Shown: positions 52,235 to 64,000 of the stretch, piece by piece | Layout: every line of letters starts with the position of its first letter | How positions within the stretch are numbered: position 1 is the stretch's first letter | DNA from: Octopus vulgaris | Lineage: Eukaryota | Direction of reading: 5' to 3' | DNA: 64,000 bases | NCBI GenBank assembly: GCA_951406725.2 | Contig: OX597822.1 | Location: forward strand, 7,564,001 to 7,628,000 | Made by a program: the position numbers and the translations under genes | Notes under the pieces: model-generated | What the model saw: the letters and a program-made list of their open reading frames with translations, nothing else | Databases searched by the model: none | What the model was told of the DNA's origin: nothing

Positions 52235-53651
52235 AAGAAGCAAACTATATTTAAACAATTTCAAATTTTTCTTAAAGGAAATGCGCTTTGATATGCAAAA
52301 ATTTGCGTAATGAGTCTACTGAGGAGAAAGTTTATAAGGAATTTAGAAAGAATTTATGGTTCAAAATTGATGTCACTCCCTAGTTTCGACCTACGGGCCT
52401 TTTGAATTGCGGCATGAAAAGGTACACTTTTGCAAATATTTATTAATATAGATTGTATACTCACGCGTTCCTGACATATGAAGATAAATAGAAATTTAGT
52501 TGCGTCGAAGAGGATAATAATATATTTTGTGCATAAAGAAGTAGGAGAAACAAGGCTTACAAGGCGTATCACTATTGTTTAAGCTGTACTCGGGAGATAA
52601 GTATTGGTTAGATATAGGTCAGTATATATCGAGAAATAATTGCCGACGTCTATGTTAACTTTAAGTTGAATATGCTTTGAAAAAATACTTTTCAAAGGAG
52701 TAAAAATATTGAGAATTGTTCGAATCACGAAAGACTGTAATTATATGTGGTTTTGGTGGAAGGAGGAAACCTAAATTAAAATGAAAATGACCTCAAGTAG
52801 CATTTACTCAACCAGAAGTAGCATTGGCTCAAACACACACGCCACGCACACACATGCGTACGCATAAACGCACAAACGCACGCATACACACACAAACATA
52901 CACACACACACACACGCACACGCACACACACATAGAGGGAGTGAAATTGGGATGTCAGACGAAATAAATGTAAAGGATATTCATATGATTTTAGTAAATA
53001 ACCAGGCTACTTTTACGCTCCTATACAATTCCTTCCATTCACAGTTGACTTAAAACATCTGTTTTCGGGGAAAATGGCGGTCGAATAATAATCCAGTTAT
53101 ATTAAGATGAATATATAATATATCAATCGGAAAATAATATTCTATCTCTTATAATTAATAAAGACTTAATAGCTAACATTATCTCCTATAATCCGCCTGG
53201 AAGCTTAAGACCCATATGTATATCTATTTCGGATGAAAGTACAATACTGTCTCTCAAAGTTACGCCTTGCCCAGTTAGTGTTACTTGCTATGTGTATATG
53301 GTACCTATATTCTGCTGAGTTTACTGGTGACGTAAAATGAAGGACATGCAGCAGGTACGACATGCCAATCAGTCCAGTTATCGAGTCCATGAGCTAACGA
53401 AGGTGGAGCGACAATATCGAAACTCTAAAGCAGATGCCTCCATCTTTCTAGGAGTGCAAAGTGTGTGCAAAGAATATGATTGCGCCGCTCTCAATTTTGA
53501 ATCTGCTATAGACGTACAATAAAAACCACTTCAGGCAAACATTTTGTGAACAACAACAAAAATCCCACCAGGCAAACATCCTGTGTTCTTGTTTAATTAC
53601 AAGAAGTTTTAATGTACTTGAACGAATGTGACAGAGACATTTTTGGCAAAT

Positions 53652-54106
53652 TTCTACTTTGAGCACGCCATATAACCCCTCACGACTTGTTTTGTTTTAG
53701 AATTTTCAGAAATTTTTGGCAAATTTGTATTCTACACACGGAAATTTACAAGATTATAAAAAACAAAAAAAAAATGTTTCTAAATTTATAATTTTTTTTT
53801 TTTTTAACTTGAGAACATTTTTTTAAAAATTACAGTTTAAAATACGGAGATTCCGAACTTTTCGCTTAAATCCCAGGAATACACCTTTACATGTGTTTAT
53901 GGGAACTAAGATTTTGAAAAACATCAATACTTCAGACTGACAAAGAAAAAGTAGGTTAGATGGTGGTCATGAGATGAGCTAAAAATGCAGCAGTTTTCTT
54001 TGTTTTTCTCTCATAATAGTATGAATCCCTGTTTGTAGAACGCAAATCCGTAAAAGCATTTTTGAAAAAAAGTTATGAGAGGTTATATGAGGTGCTTAAA
54101 GCAGAA
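53652..54106. mobile_element. MITE-like element with ~90-bp imperfect terminal inverted repeats
   Basis: ttctactttgagcacgccatataacccctcacgactt...ttctacacac pairs with tttgtagaac...aagttatgagaggttatatgaggtgcttaaagcagaa. Confidence 0.72.
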
Positions 54107-54876
54107 TTCCAAATTTACATTTTAAACATGAAACTAAAAACTAAAACTTGCGCTTGTCGAACGCAATCGACATAGCTATGCACAATGCTACAGCACGCCG
54201 TCATAATCGTATTCCAATTAAATAGTATACTCAATCTGGACATCAGGAGTTTATATTTACTGCGGCGCGGTTGTTTAGCTTCTGCATCACTACTCGGTTA
54301 AAACCTTAATGGAGATAATTTAAACATTCATCCTCCTGTTTTGTTTTCAAGCATAGCACATATTCAAATTGATATAATTTTTAAGTTACTAGTGTATGAT
54401 TTTGTGGACACTTGATTGTTATTTATACCTGACAGAACGATAGACTAGTTAGCCTCTCCGTTTAATTGTATTTTTTGTTTGTCATTAAAGTTATACATAC
54501 ATTTCTAATAAAATTTTCTGATTGTGTCACAAAAGAAGCAATTCGATGAATTGGAGAGGAAATTAATTTACGTATATAGTTGAATTGATATTTACGAATT
54601 GTAAATTAATCGGATATTAACACATTAATGTAGTATCCACAAAACCAGGTTCGGTATTATTCCATATTGAACAGATGCACTAATATTAGAGTCGTTCTGG
54701 GAATTCAATCTCTCAATATGGAACAATGTGTTTCCTAGTGAGTTACAAATAGAATAAAACTTTATGTATTTACCTTATTGACTGGCCGGGCTAAGGAAAG
54801 AAGAATAACGGGATAATGAGTTTGAAAGCTCACCACACGTATCAACAATTTTCAAAACGTTTTTTTCCCATTTATT

Positions 54877-56035
54877 CAGGGGTTGGATAAAATAGTGGAA
54901 ATAGCAACATAGCGTCATAATTCTGAAATATCTATAAAACTGTCAAAGCTTGTTTATTTATTATTTTTTTAAATTATTATCAGTGTTGCTTGATATCTTT
55001 CCCTAAAATTGCTGTTTCTTCTCAGATATCATCAGAAAACGGTAATTACAATTTCATTAAATTGACAGATCTATCGGACTTTCAAAGAGGTCAAATTGTT
55101 GGTGCTACTATGGCAGGCGCTAGCATAACGGAAACAACGGAAATGTTTGGTGTATCAAAAAGTACTGTCTCGAAAGTAATGACAGCCTTTGAGAAAGAGG
55201 GAAAAAACTTCTCGTCGAAACAAAACTCCGGAAGAAAACCAAAGCTTTCAGAAAGAGACCGTCAAAATTTTATGCGAATTGTTAGAAAGGATCACAAAAG
55301 TACAGATTCCAAAGTCACTGCAGAGATTAATGACCACTTCGAGAAGCCAGTATCTACAAAAACTCTTCGCCAGGAGCTGTACAAAGCCGGATTTCACAGG
55401 AGGGCTGCAATCAGAAGACCACTACTTTCGAAAAGAAAGCTTTTAGAGTGGAATAAAAACCTACAGAATTGGTCCCTAGAGCATTCAAAGAATGTTATTT
55501 TCTCAGACGAGACATCCTTTACCTTATTTCCGACCACCGGCCGAGTATACACGGGGAGACAGACAAAAGAAGCGTTTGACCCAAACAGTTTTCTTTCAAA
55601 TGTCAAACATGGAGGAGGATCTGTGATGATCTGAGGTGCTATATCTTGGAAATCCTCGGCCCAATGGTTTCTCCTTACAGCAGAATTAATAGTGAAAACT
55701 ATTTAAGCATTTTATCCGATCAAGTTCATCATATGGTTGCGGAACTGTTTCCGGGGGGGACGCAATCTTTGAGGAAGATAATGCACCAATTCACACAGCT
55801 AGAGTTGATACACGAGGATCATTCTAGTGAAGTGGAACCTGACCTCAGTATTATTGAACATTTATGTTGCATTTTCGAAAGTCAAGTCAAGAGTCGTTAT
55901 CCTCCACTATTATCATTACAAGAACTGGAGACTGTTTTAGCTGAAGAATGGACAAAAATTCCTTTCGAAAAAATTCAAATTTGTACGAGTCCATACCTCG
56001 TAGGATCCAAGTTGTAATTACTGCGAAAGACAGTA
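54877..56035 (+). mobile_element. Tc1-family DNA transposon with pseudogenised transposase (about 55062-56030)
   Basis: Left end caggggttggataaaatagtggaaa. Peptides DLSDFQRGQIVG, SGRKPKLSERD, VIFSDETSF, VKHGGGSVMI*G, IFEEDNAPIH, PDLSIIEHL. W-to-stop at 55632 plus frameshifts. The right TIR was not seen. Confidence 0.93.
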
Positions 56036-58952
56036 TTATTATTGCTATTATTATCATAATTTACAACCAGGATCAGTGGCAGAGCATGTGATAATACAGT
56101 AACTTCGAACGGCATGTGGGTTGTATATGATGGTCTTCTAATAATTTTTCTATTTACGCAGTTTCAACCAGAAAATCAATTAACATTTGTGCGTGATGGC
56201 ACGCAGTGGGACTGAACACGGGTCATCTTTATTGCGAACCGAGCTTCTTAATCGTTCTGCCATAATCCACTTTACATTGAATTAAGTAATATTCTTTTCC
56301 TGCCAATACATATAAATGCCATTCTTGAATAAGAACTGCTTAAGGTGATACCGAAGTGTCATTATCCGAGAACAATCATTATATCCTTTCACTAGCCAAT
56401 TTTAAGCTTTGAAATGCGTTTCAATCTTTTGTTGAATTAGTTGAATCAATTCTAGATAAGCGTATCTTAGAGCGCACTCCAAATAAACATTCTGTGTAGG
56501 GCAAATCACAGAAACAAATATCACAATATTATTGACAATAACCGTATTTACTAATTTAGACGTGAATTTAAAAACACTACACACATTCTCCCGAACTGGA
56601 TAGCTATTGGATGTTACGTTTGAAAACATTCATCAAGTACTCATTTTTCTTTTGTTAAAATGTCAATGCATTCACTAAACAAATATTGAATTAGGGTATG
56701 GTATAATTTGTTGAGGAAATTGAAACTTCTATAGTCTTCACAATTTGTGAAAGACATTTTCATTTCCTACGCAAGGCATGTAAGCATTATGCATCAAACT
56801 TGAGTGTATTGGATGTTCAGTTAGTGAAGAAATTATTACATTCTGTACAAAGAATAAACAATTTGTGTAGATCTCCTTTGAATTTCCTCTACAAGAAAGA
56901 ACAATTTATTTTAAATCCAAACAAAGAACATTGGTTGAAATCTGGCTAATACTGGTTCTATCGTTTCCGATATTTTCTTTGTTTTCTTTTACTCTGCTAA
57001 GCTACGTTAACCACAATATATTGTTATTGTATTCGTAGTTCTACAACGATTGATGCCAACTTTTAAATTGGTGCATATGAAATTACGTGTAACATTGTAA
57101 TGTAGCTAACGACACTTTTCGATATTATGGTTCTCCATTTCCTCTCCTTCTGTTTGATATGTTGGACATAAGACAACTTTGATGAATAGATTCCGATAAA
57201 CTGGATTTACTGTCAAAATTTTACTTGTACGGAATGATTCATGTTCCATTGAGATCTGTAGACTACGAGATTCGAGACATATTTGTATCATTTGGTTTCA
57301 GAGTTGCTGTTTCAATCCTGAATTAAATCCATTACGCCTTTTCGTAATATATTGACTGTATATAACTACAGCGAAAATTAAATAGATTACAGTCAGTCGC
57401 ATGACCTCGGACATCAGACAGGTAGGTTTTGCATAGATTGAGTGTAAGCATTTTTTTCTCGATCAATATTTACCTGAAAGTTACCCGATACGATGTAATT
57501 AATCTCTATACTAATCCAATATATACACCACCAATAGTGTCAGCAGATTATGATCAACACTCATGGTACTACATAATCAACATCATTTAATACATATCCA
57601 CACCCCAAACTATAGAGGTTATTAGAACAGATTTGGAAGTTGTTAAATAACGCCCGGACATAATGCAATAAGGAAAGTTCGCTAACTTTTACGTCCTTGT
57701 GTTTTGGATATATTATTTAAACGAATCAGGGGTAAAGCAAATACTCAAAGACGTACTTCGACAATTGCTATGCAAGACTGCAAACGCTCTCAGTCGTCTC
57801 AGCGATAACGTTACTCTTTATAAGAGTTCAACGAGTCCCTCTTTTCATCACACAGAGGTGTTAACGTCTATCATCATAACACCACCGGTGGTGCTGAATA
57901 GCCTGGCAGAAAAAAAATAAGGTTTATTCGAAAAAAAATGAGGTTATTCTGCAGTCATGAATATGTATGTGTAGATATATTGAATAAAGGAATTATGATT
58001 ACAGTAGGTCTCACATGAAGAAGGAACAGTTGTAAAGGGAATGTCGGTAAAATCTTGTAGATTCGACACACAATTATTCTCCAAGTGGAGCGCTTCCGGG
58101 TGATATGACTATAAATCTCGGCGATGGGGAGCTTTACTGAATATACGCGAAGGCATTGAAGAAATTTGCACGCAATATTACCATCTCATGGAAAGACATT
58201 ACTCAAAGTAAGTTGAATATCAATGACTTGATTTGTCTCAGCAGTCCAATACATAGTTTTACCTATACATCATAAGGACAATCATCTCTCTTTTTATAAA
58301 TTACACATATAGAGAGAAATACCTATAATAATTCACCACAGATAATGACTCATGGCATTCTTAGGAAGCATTCAAAGAAATTATAGAAAGCACAAACAAC
58401 ACTCACAAGCAAGTATGTCTTGGAAAAAACATATGTAAAAATCCAGAGTCAAAATTAAACATTTGGCTAGGTGAATCGTTAATAAATATTTATCTCATAT
58501 CAACAAAGATGCAAAACGTTCACCCATGTGAAATACCCCAACTAAAATAACACTAATATTCAACCAAACACAGTCAATGTGGGTGAATTCAATATAAATA
58601 AATAAATTTCAAACAATTCCTTTGAGCACATAGGTATCCCAGCAATTTTAATTAGAATAAGTCTTCCTTAGATATCACTTACTCTTTTACGTAACTACAT
58701 TGAACATACGTAATGTCAATGATCTACAGAACACCTACTCTAAACACCATCCCGTCGTCTTCATAATACACGCATACGCAAATTATCAAAAGAAGCGTTT
58801 TGTTAGCATTAGCTAATATTTCAATGTAATGTTTTCCACTAATAAACATAAGGATTGGCCATATTCAGGAACGCCAAAACGAAGTGCAATAATGCTGTCG
58901 TATACATACACAGGTACATAGTGCACGAAAATATACATACATACACACACAC

Positions 58953-59024
<72 letters not shown>

Positions 59025-59041
59025 GCATTATATTATATTAT

Positions 59042-59074
<33 letters not shown>

Positions 59075-59079
<5 letters not shown>

Positions 59080-59185
59080 GAAATTTACAGAAAAACAAAA
59101 GCGGAAGACATTTTTATAAACGACAGGTAGGTGTATTAGTTTGACGTTCTGGAAGGTGGGAGATTTTTTAAAGTTTCGAGCCCAC
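59075..59185 (-). mobile_element. Truncated relative of the 23925-24100 element (family H4)
   Basis: tttacagaaaaacaaaagcggaagaca...tgtattagtttgacg...ttttttaaagtttcgagcc aligns loosely with 23930-24032 and follows (TA)n. Confidence 0.5.
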
Positions 59186-62100
59186 AAAGAAGATGTCAAC
59201 ATTTTAATGATACAACACAACACCAACGTATTGCAAAAGAGCACCGCCTTAGATATACCCTAAGTACTGTGATATTGGAATTTATCAACATGCAACAGAG
59301 GAACACAAAGTAAAAGAAAGTGATGAGAAACAAATTAAGCTGCAAAGATATGTATCCGAATTCTGTGAAACATCTTGATGTTGGATCGCTATATACTTAT
59401 AAATATGGTCGATGGACTCGCCATATTCCATATTAGAACGATAAATCAAATGATATGTCCACAGCCACTACAAGAAAGACCTTAAAAGTATATATGTGTC
59501 ATGAGCGTTTAAAAGAATTAATATAGTATTCACGAACTCAAATCAGGTGTACAAATCATCATTCCATTTCTTCCATACAAAAGTAATTTAAAACTGCAGT
59601 TAGCTAACTATCAATTCAAGTAATAATCACTAGCTTTCACAGCAATACTTATTAGGACAGAGTGCATCGAGAAAAATCATCCTAGATCGTATAAGATGCA
59701 AAAGGAGAATTAAAAACCAGGAAGTCTATGAAAATAATGCAATTATGAAACATAATTACTTACGTCGTCAACTTGGGAAGAGATACAGAATATGAACTAC
59801 CAGCGTTCCCAAATTTGGGAATTTCTCAAAAGAAGGATTCTGCGAAATATCTTTATATCTTTGAAATGCAAGAAAAACGCAAGGGATTGTACGTTTCGAA
59901 GTTACAAGCCTCTGTAAATTGCTGATAAATTTTTAAAAAAATGATTCTTTAATAGTTGTGACTTAGATAATCCCCTTTTTACATGCCGGTTCAAATGATT
60001 ACGATTGAAGATTATTCTACCCCAAATATATTGAAGAGGTTTTATGACAGTCTAACAGCAAATTTAAAAATAAGCAATATTGTAATTGACTTTGATATCA
60101 GTATAATTTTCAAAGCTATTCCTAGTTATGGAACTAAATATATACTACAGAACACAGCGCTAACCAACACTAAAAAAGTTACTCACGTCAAAAGGCCTGT
60201 TTTGTTTTTTACAAAACCATTTCCTATTTTCCTTGATGTCCATTTACTAAATAATTTACTGCATATATTCGCATATACAAGACATTTGCCACAATTTGTG
60301 AAAGCATACGCACAGATACGTACCTAGATAATCCGCCACACACAAATACTTACAGTACTATTGTTACAGCTGCTCATCTACTTCAGTTGTATACCAGTCA
60401 CGTATAAAGCTGACTTAACAATACATGAAGTAGTAAATACTAAATGTAGTCTTTTCCTTCACATCTGCAACACTATAGAAAACATCAGTTACAACATTTT
60501 AATGAAAACAAAATCATAGTTCAAGCAGGAATGCAAACATACAAACACACTATACACAAGGATACAAATTCTTAGTCATACACAAAGTTCCTCAATAGTC
60601 TAGAAAGTACTAGAAGACAGGAGCAATGCATATTATTATAGAATTTACACATCTCACTGCGATACGTTAGCAACACAGCACGAGAATATATATTGAGTCA
60701 TCCCATAAATAATGCGTTTTTTTTTATACTTCTTATTTCTCAAAATATATTCTCCTCCATTTTCTATAATATTCTTCCATTTATTGTGTAGAGTTTCAAG
60801 ACCCCTCTAAGACAATACTGATATTAAAGTAATCTGAAAAATTTCAAAGATCAAGTGAGAGTTGAAATCATTCTCCTGCTTCAATATTTTGTGCTACAAC
60901 CGAGACAACCCACCGCCTAAAGAAAAACAGGAACATTAAAGTTAACGTGGAGCTGAACTAATGGAAACTTATTGCAACGGACGAGAACAACGGCGTTGGC
61001 AAGAAATTCTAACCAGCATCAAGTGATAAACTCACGCAACAACTCACGCACTCGCTCACACACACAAACACACATGCATGTATACATACATACACGCACA
61101 CTCACACACACAATCACATACACATATATGCATAGAAAAATGTATGTGTTTGTGATTGTGTATCTATAAGTATCTGCGTGTATCAAAATTGTTTCAAAAT
61201 TATATGCTGTTCACCTATGATGTGAATAGATGTTGAATATTTAATCATATAGAAATTACAAAGAAGAGTGTTAGGAAGCATGAGTATGTTAGGTAAGTCT
61301 CTCAGGTATTACACGGCTCGATATCTTTAGAAACGTAATCCAGAAAGTTCAACTGATCTATATTTAGTATTTTCTTCTTCTTGAAGTATGTGTTCCGGAA
61401 CTTGCCTCATGCCGATAAGATTATTTCTTCAATGAAAGTTCGAAATATATTGCATGAAAATACAGGATCAATAACGGAAAACAAATACTATTTGGCAATG
61501 AAGTATTTTTAGAATTCTCTAGGTAATGAATTGGCAGAAATTCTTGAGGAGAGAATAACGATATTTTATAGGTGTACTAGTCTGTATCTGCATAAATTCT
61601 GCATTTGTGTTCACTATCATCATAAATATCCCCACAAAAATACGTCTAGGTTCTGGGAATTATGTTTGTATCTAGTCAAAAAGAACTCTGTAACAATTTT
61701 TACTTATCTGTATTTTATTTTAGTTTCATGAAATCTCTTACACACACCTTCAGTTTACATGTTAAAAGCTATCAAAATTAATGAAATTCCATAAACTAAG
61801 GAAGTTGTAGGCACACAGCAAACGATGAAACATTGCCATCTTCCTAGCAGTTATTCAGTCCCATGCTCTTTTATTATTTTGCTTTCTGATCAATATTTGA
61901 CGCGGTTCAAGGAACATTGTTATTTTGTATTTCAGTCATATATAACTGTATTTCTATGTATGAAAATACATGATATGAATATTATTTTTATTTCGATTAT
62001 TTTCATGTCCGCCTTTATTGGCTAACATACGATTAAGAGTGCTGCAAACTTCATCAATTCATTCTTCTTGAACTTCATTCACAGAATTACATTATGTAAT

Positions 62101-62752
62101 TTAAATAAATCTTCGCAAGAAATATTGTGTAACCTAATAAAAAATTATCTTGCGTTTTTTAACAAATTGGGCCATATACAAGATTTATATTGCAAATCTC
62201 CATCCACTTTGTGGATTATGTTCGCTACTAAACCGTATGTATCGCTAAGACAGTCAATTAAACACGTTACATGAGTCTAAATACCATAGACTGGAACACA
62301 ATTTAACAGACACCCTTCATTAATTCCTTGTTTCAAGGAAAGATACATTTTATGGAAAGACGAAATGTCAAAGTTGTATAACTTCTAATTTCGAGATTTC
62401 GCATTGAGACATAGCAATATCGCAACGATAATGTAATTAGTTAAAGGAAATCACTTAATGTCAACTATTATCTGTTTTAATTATAAATATATTCTCGGAT
62501 ATACGATTGTCTCGTGCATGTAATAAAAGACGTAATGAAGATAAATATGACAATGTAATTACTTTGTCACAAAATGTAATTGTATTTGATACACAAATCA
62601 TGATTGATTTCTACGTCCGTTATCATGCGTAAATTAATTATTTCAGAAATGAAAAATGAATGCAATTTTTTAAAGTTATAAACTAACATGATATAGAATC
62701 AAAAGACTGCGTAGAAACATTTTATATATGTATATACAATACGTATAAGTAA

Positions 62753-62791
<39 letters not shown>

Positions 62792-62799
62792 TACATACA

Positions 62800-63172
62800 T
62801 GGTGGCTGCCGACTCGTTATCGAGTATGTCCATTGCACGAAGCTTAATCAATGTTGTTATCATGCAATACCTGTGCAAGAAGAATTTTTAAAAGTGATGA
62901 TAGGCTGTGCACTGAGTCAATCCCACTCACTAAGCAATAGCAGCCATAATCCGAAAAGTAGGAAAAGTCAACGTCATCCGTAACCACTGAGTCGCAGTTT
63001 TATGTCGGAGTTATCCCAGTTACCTGAGTAACCTTCTCCTAGAAGGATGCCCCAGCAAAGGCTAGGTGTCCTTCACTCCCAATGGTTTAACCGCGTGATC
63101 GGGTATTTAGTCCGATTATTTCTGTCCCCGCGCATGATACAGCCTTAAGACAATTATTGGATGGCCGTTGAC

Positions 63173-63173
<1 letters not shown>
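62800..63173 (-). mobile_element. Putative RTE-like LINE 5' UTR fragment between (TA)n arrays
   Basis: The minus strand has ctaggagaagg..actc...taaaac, which resembles RTE leader motifs, and shares a 16-mer with 48330-48685. Confidence 0.45.
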
Positions 63174-63223
<50 letters not shown>

Positions 63224-63270
63224 TATATATAATATCCACGTGCGGTCAACACATCCCCACTATTTATTGA

Positions 63271-63348
<78 letters not shown>

Positions 63349-63470
63349 CTTTGTATGTATGTATGTATGTATATATGTGAACATATAATTGTTAAAGAGG
63401 ACAACAAACATTAAGGTAAGTCAAATATCTCAAGTCGTATACATTATTATTATTGGAGAAAAATTCAAAT

Positions 63471-63525
63471 TTCTTACGGCTATTTCATAGAAACCCCCGA
63501 TTATGGGATATTCCGTTATAAGAGA
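63471..63525 (-). ncRNA. Decayed hammerhead-like motif (possible family H5)
   Basis: Minus strand: TCT-CTTATAA-cggaatatccc(ataatc)gggggtttctat-GAAA-tagccg-TA-AGA. The topology fits, but there are two core mismatches. Confidence 0.35.
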
Positions 63526-64000
63526 CAAATAGGAAAAAATAGGAAAAATGAAAACTATATAATAATGAGATGGCGACACAGAGTATGAGAGTAAATGAAT
63601 GAGATGTAGAGAGAGTAGAACAAAGAAGCATAACATTTCATAGTACAATTTTCCCATCATGTAGAAACTGTAAATACATTGATATATAAATATACGTCGT
63701 AAGACACTGTGCAGTCAAGGCAACAGAACAATTGTGGACGGACTGATGTTATCTGGCAGTGATTAGCAAACAGTTTTAGCTTACTAGACGAAGGTAATGG
63801 GAAATGATATGCCCATACAAGCCAGGTTCCCATATGCTACTATATGATCAGAAACACAGCATCTAAAAAGTAGGCCAACTTCTTAGTCTGAAGTAAAATA
63901 CAATGTATTGCATACACAATCTTGCACTGAATACCGGCAACAATATATATATTTCAGTAGAAACACACTACTATGCTAAGCATCTGTAACTATATATATA

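Noticed and set aside
54990-56017. Functional Tc1 transposase gene
   Set aside because: It has an in-frame stop at the conserved W, frameshifts, a deletion between the second D and the E, and no visible right TIR.

Overview
AT-rich, microsatellite-dense animal nuclear DNA. The SINE, Penelope and R4/Dong content most resembles a cephalopod (Octopus-like) genome, which is an inference. No host protein-coding gene, rRNA or true tRNA is convincingly supported, and most listed ORFs are microsatellite or antisense artefacts. The window is intergenic or deep-intronic and holds many decayed transposons: two Penelope-like elements (GIY-YIG/RT), a cluster of R4/Dong-type RT-REL LINE pieces tied to (AAT)n, RTE and CR1-like LINE fragments, one Tc1, three mariner relics, non-autonomous Helitrons, a MITE and at least four tRNA-derived SINE families. 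The most notable signal is a set of about ten type-I hammerhead-ribozyme (HHR) motifs from 4-5 unrelated small element families. Most sit next to simple-repeat arrays, and several occur in inverted (fold-back) pairs typical of Penelope pLTRs or retrozymes. The best case is a ~0.9-kb non-coding element at 21641-22545 with two oppositely oriented HHRs that have intact catalytic cores. All structures and translations were read by eye, so boundaries of decayed elements are approximate.
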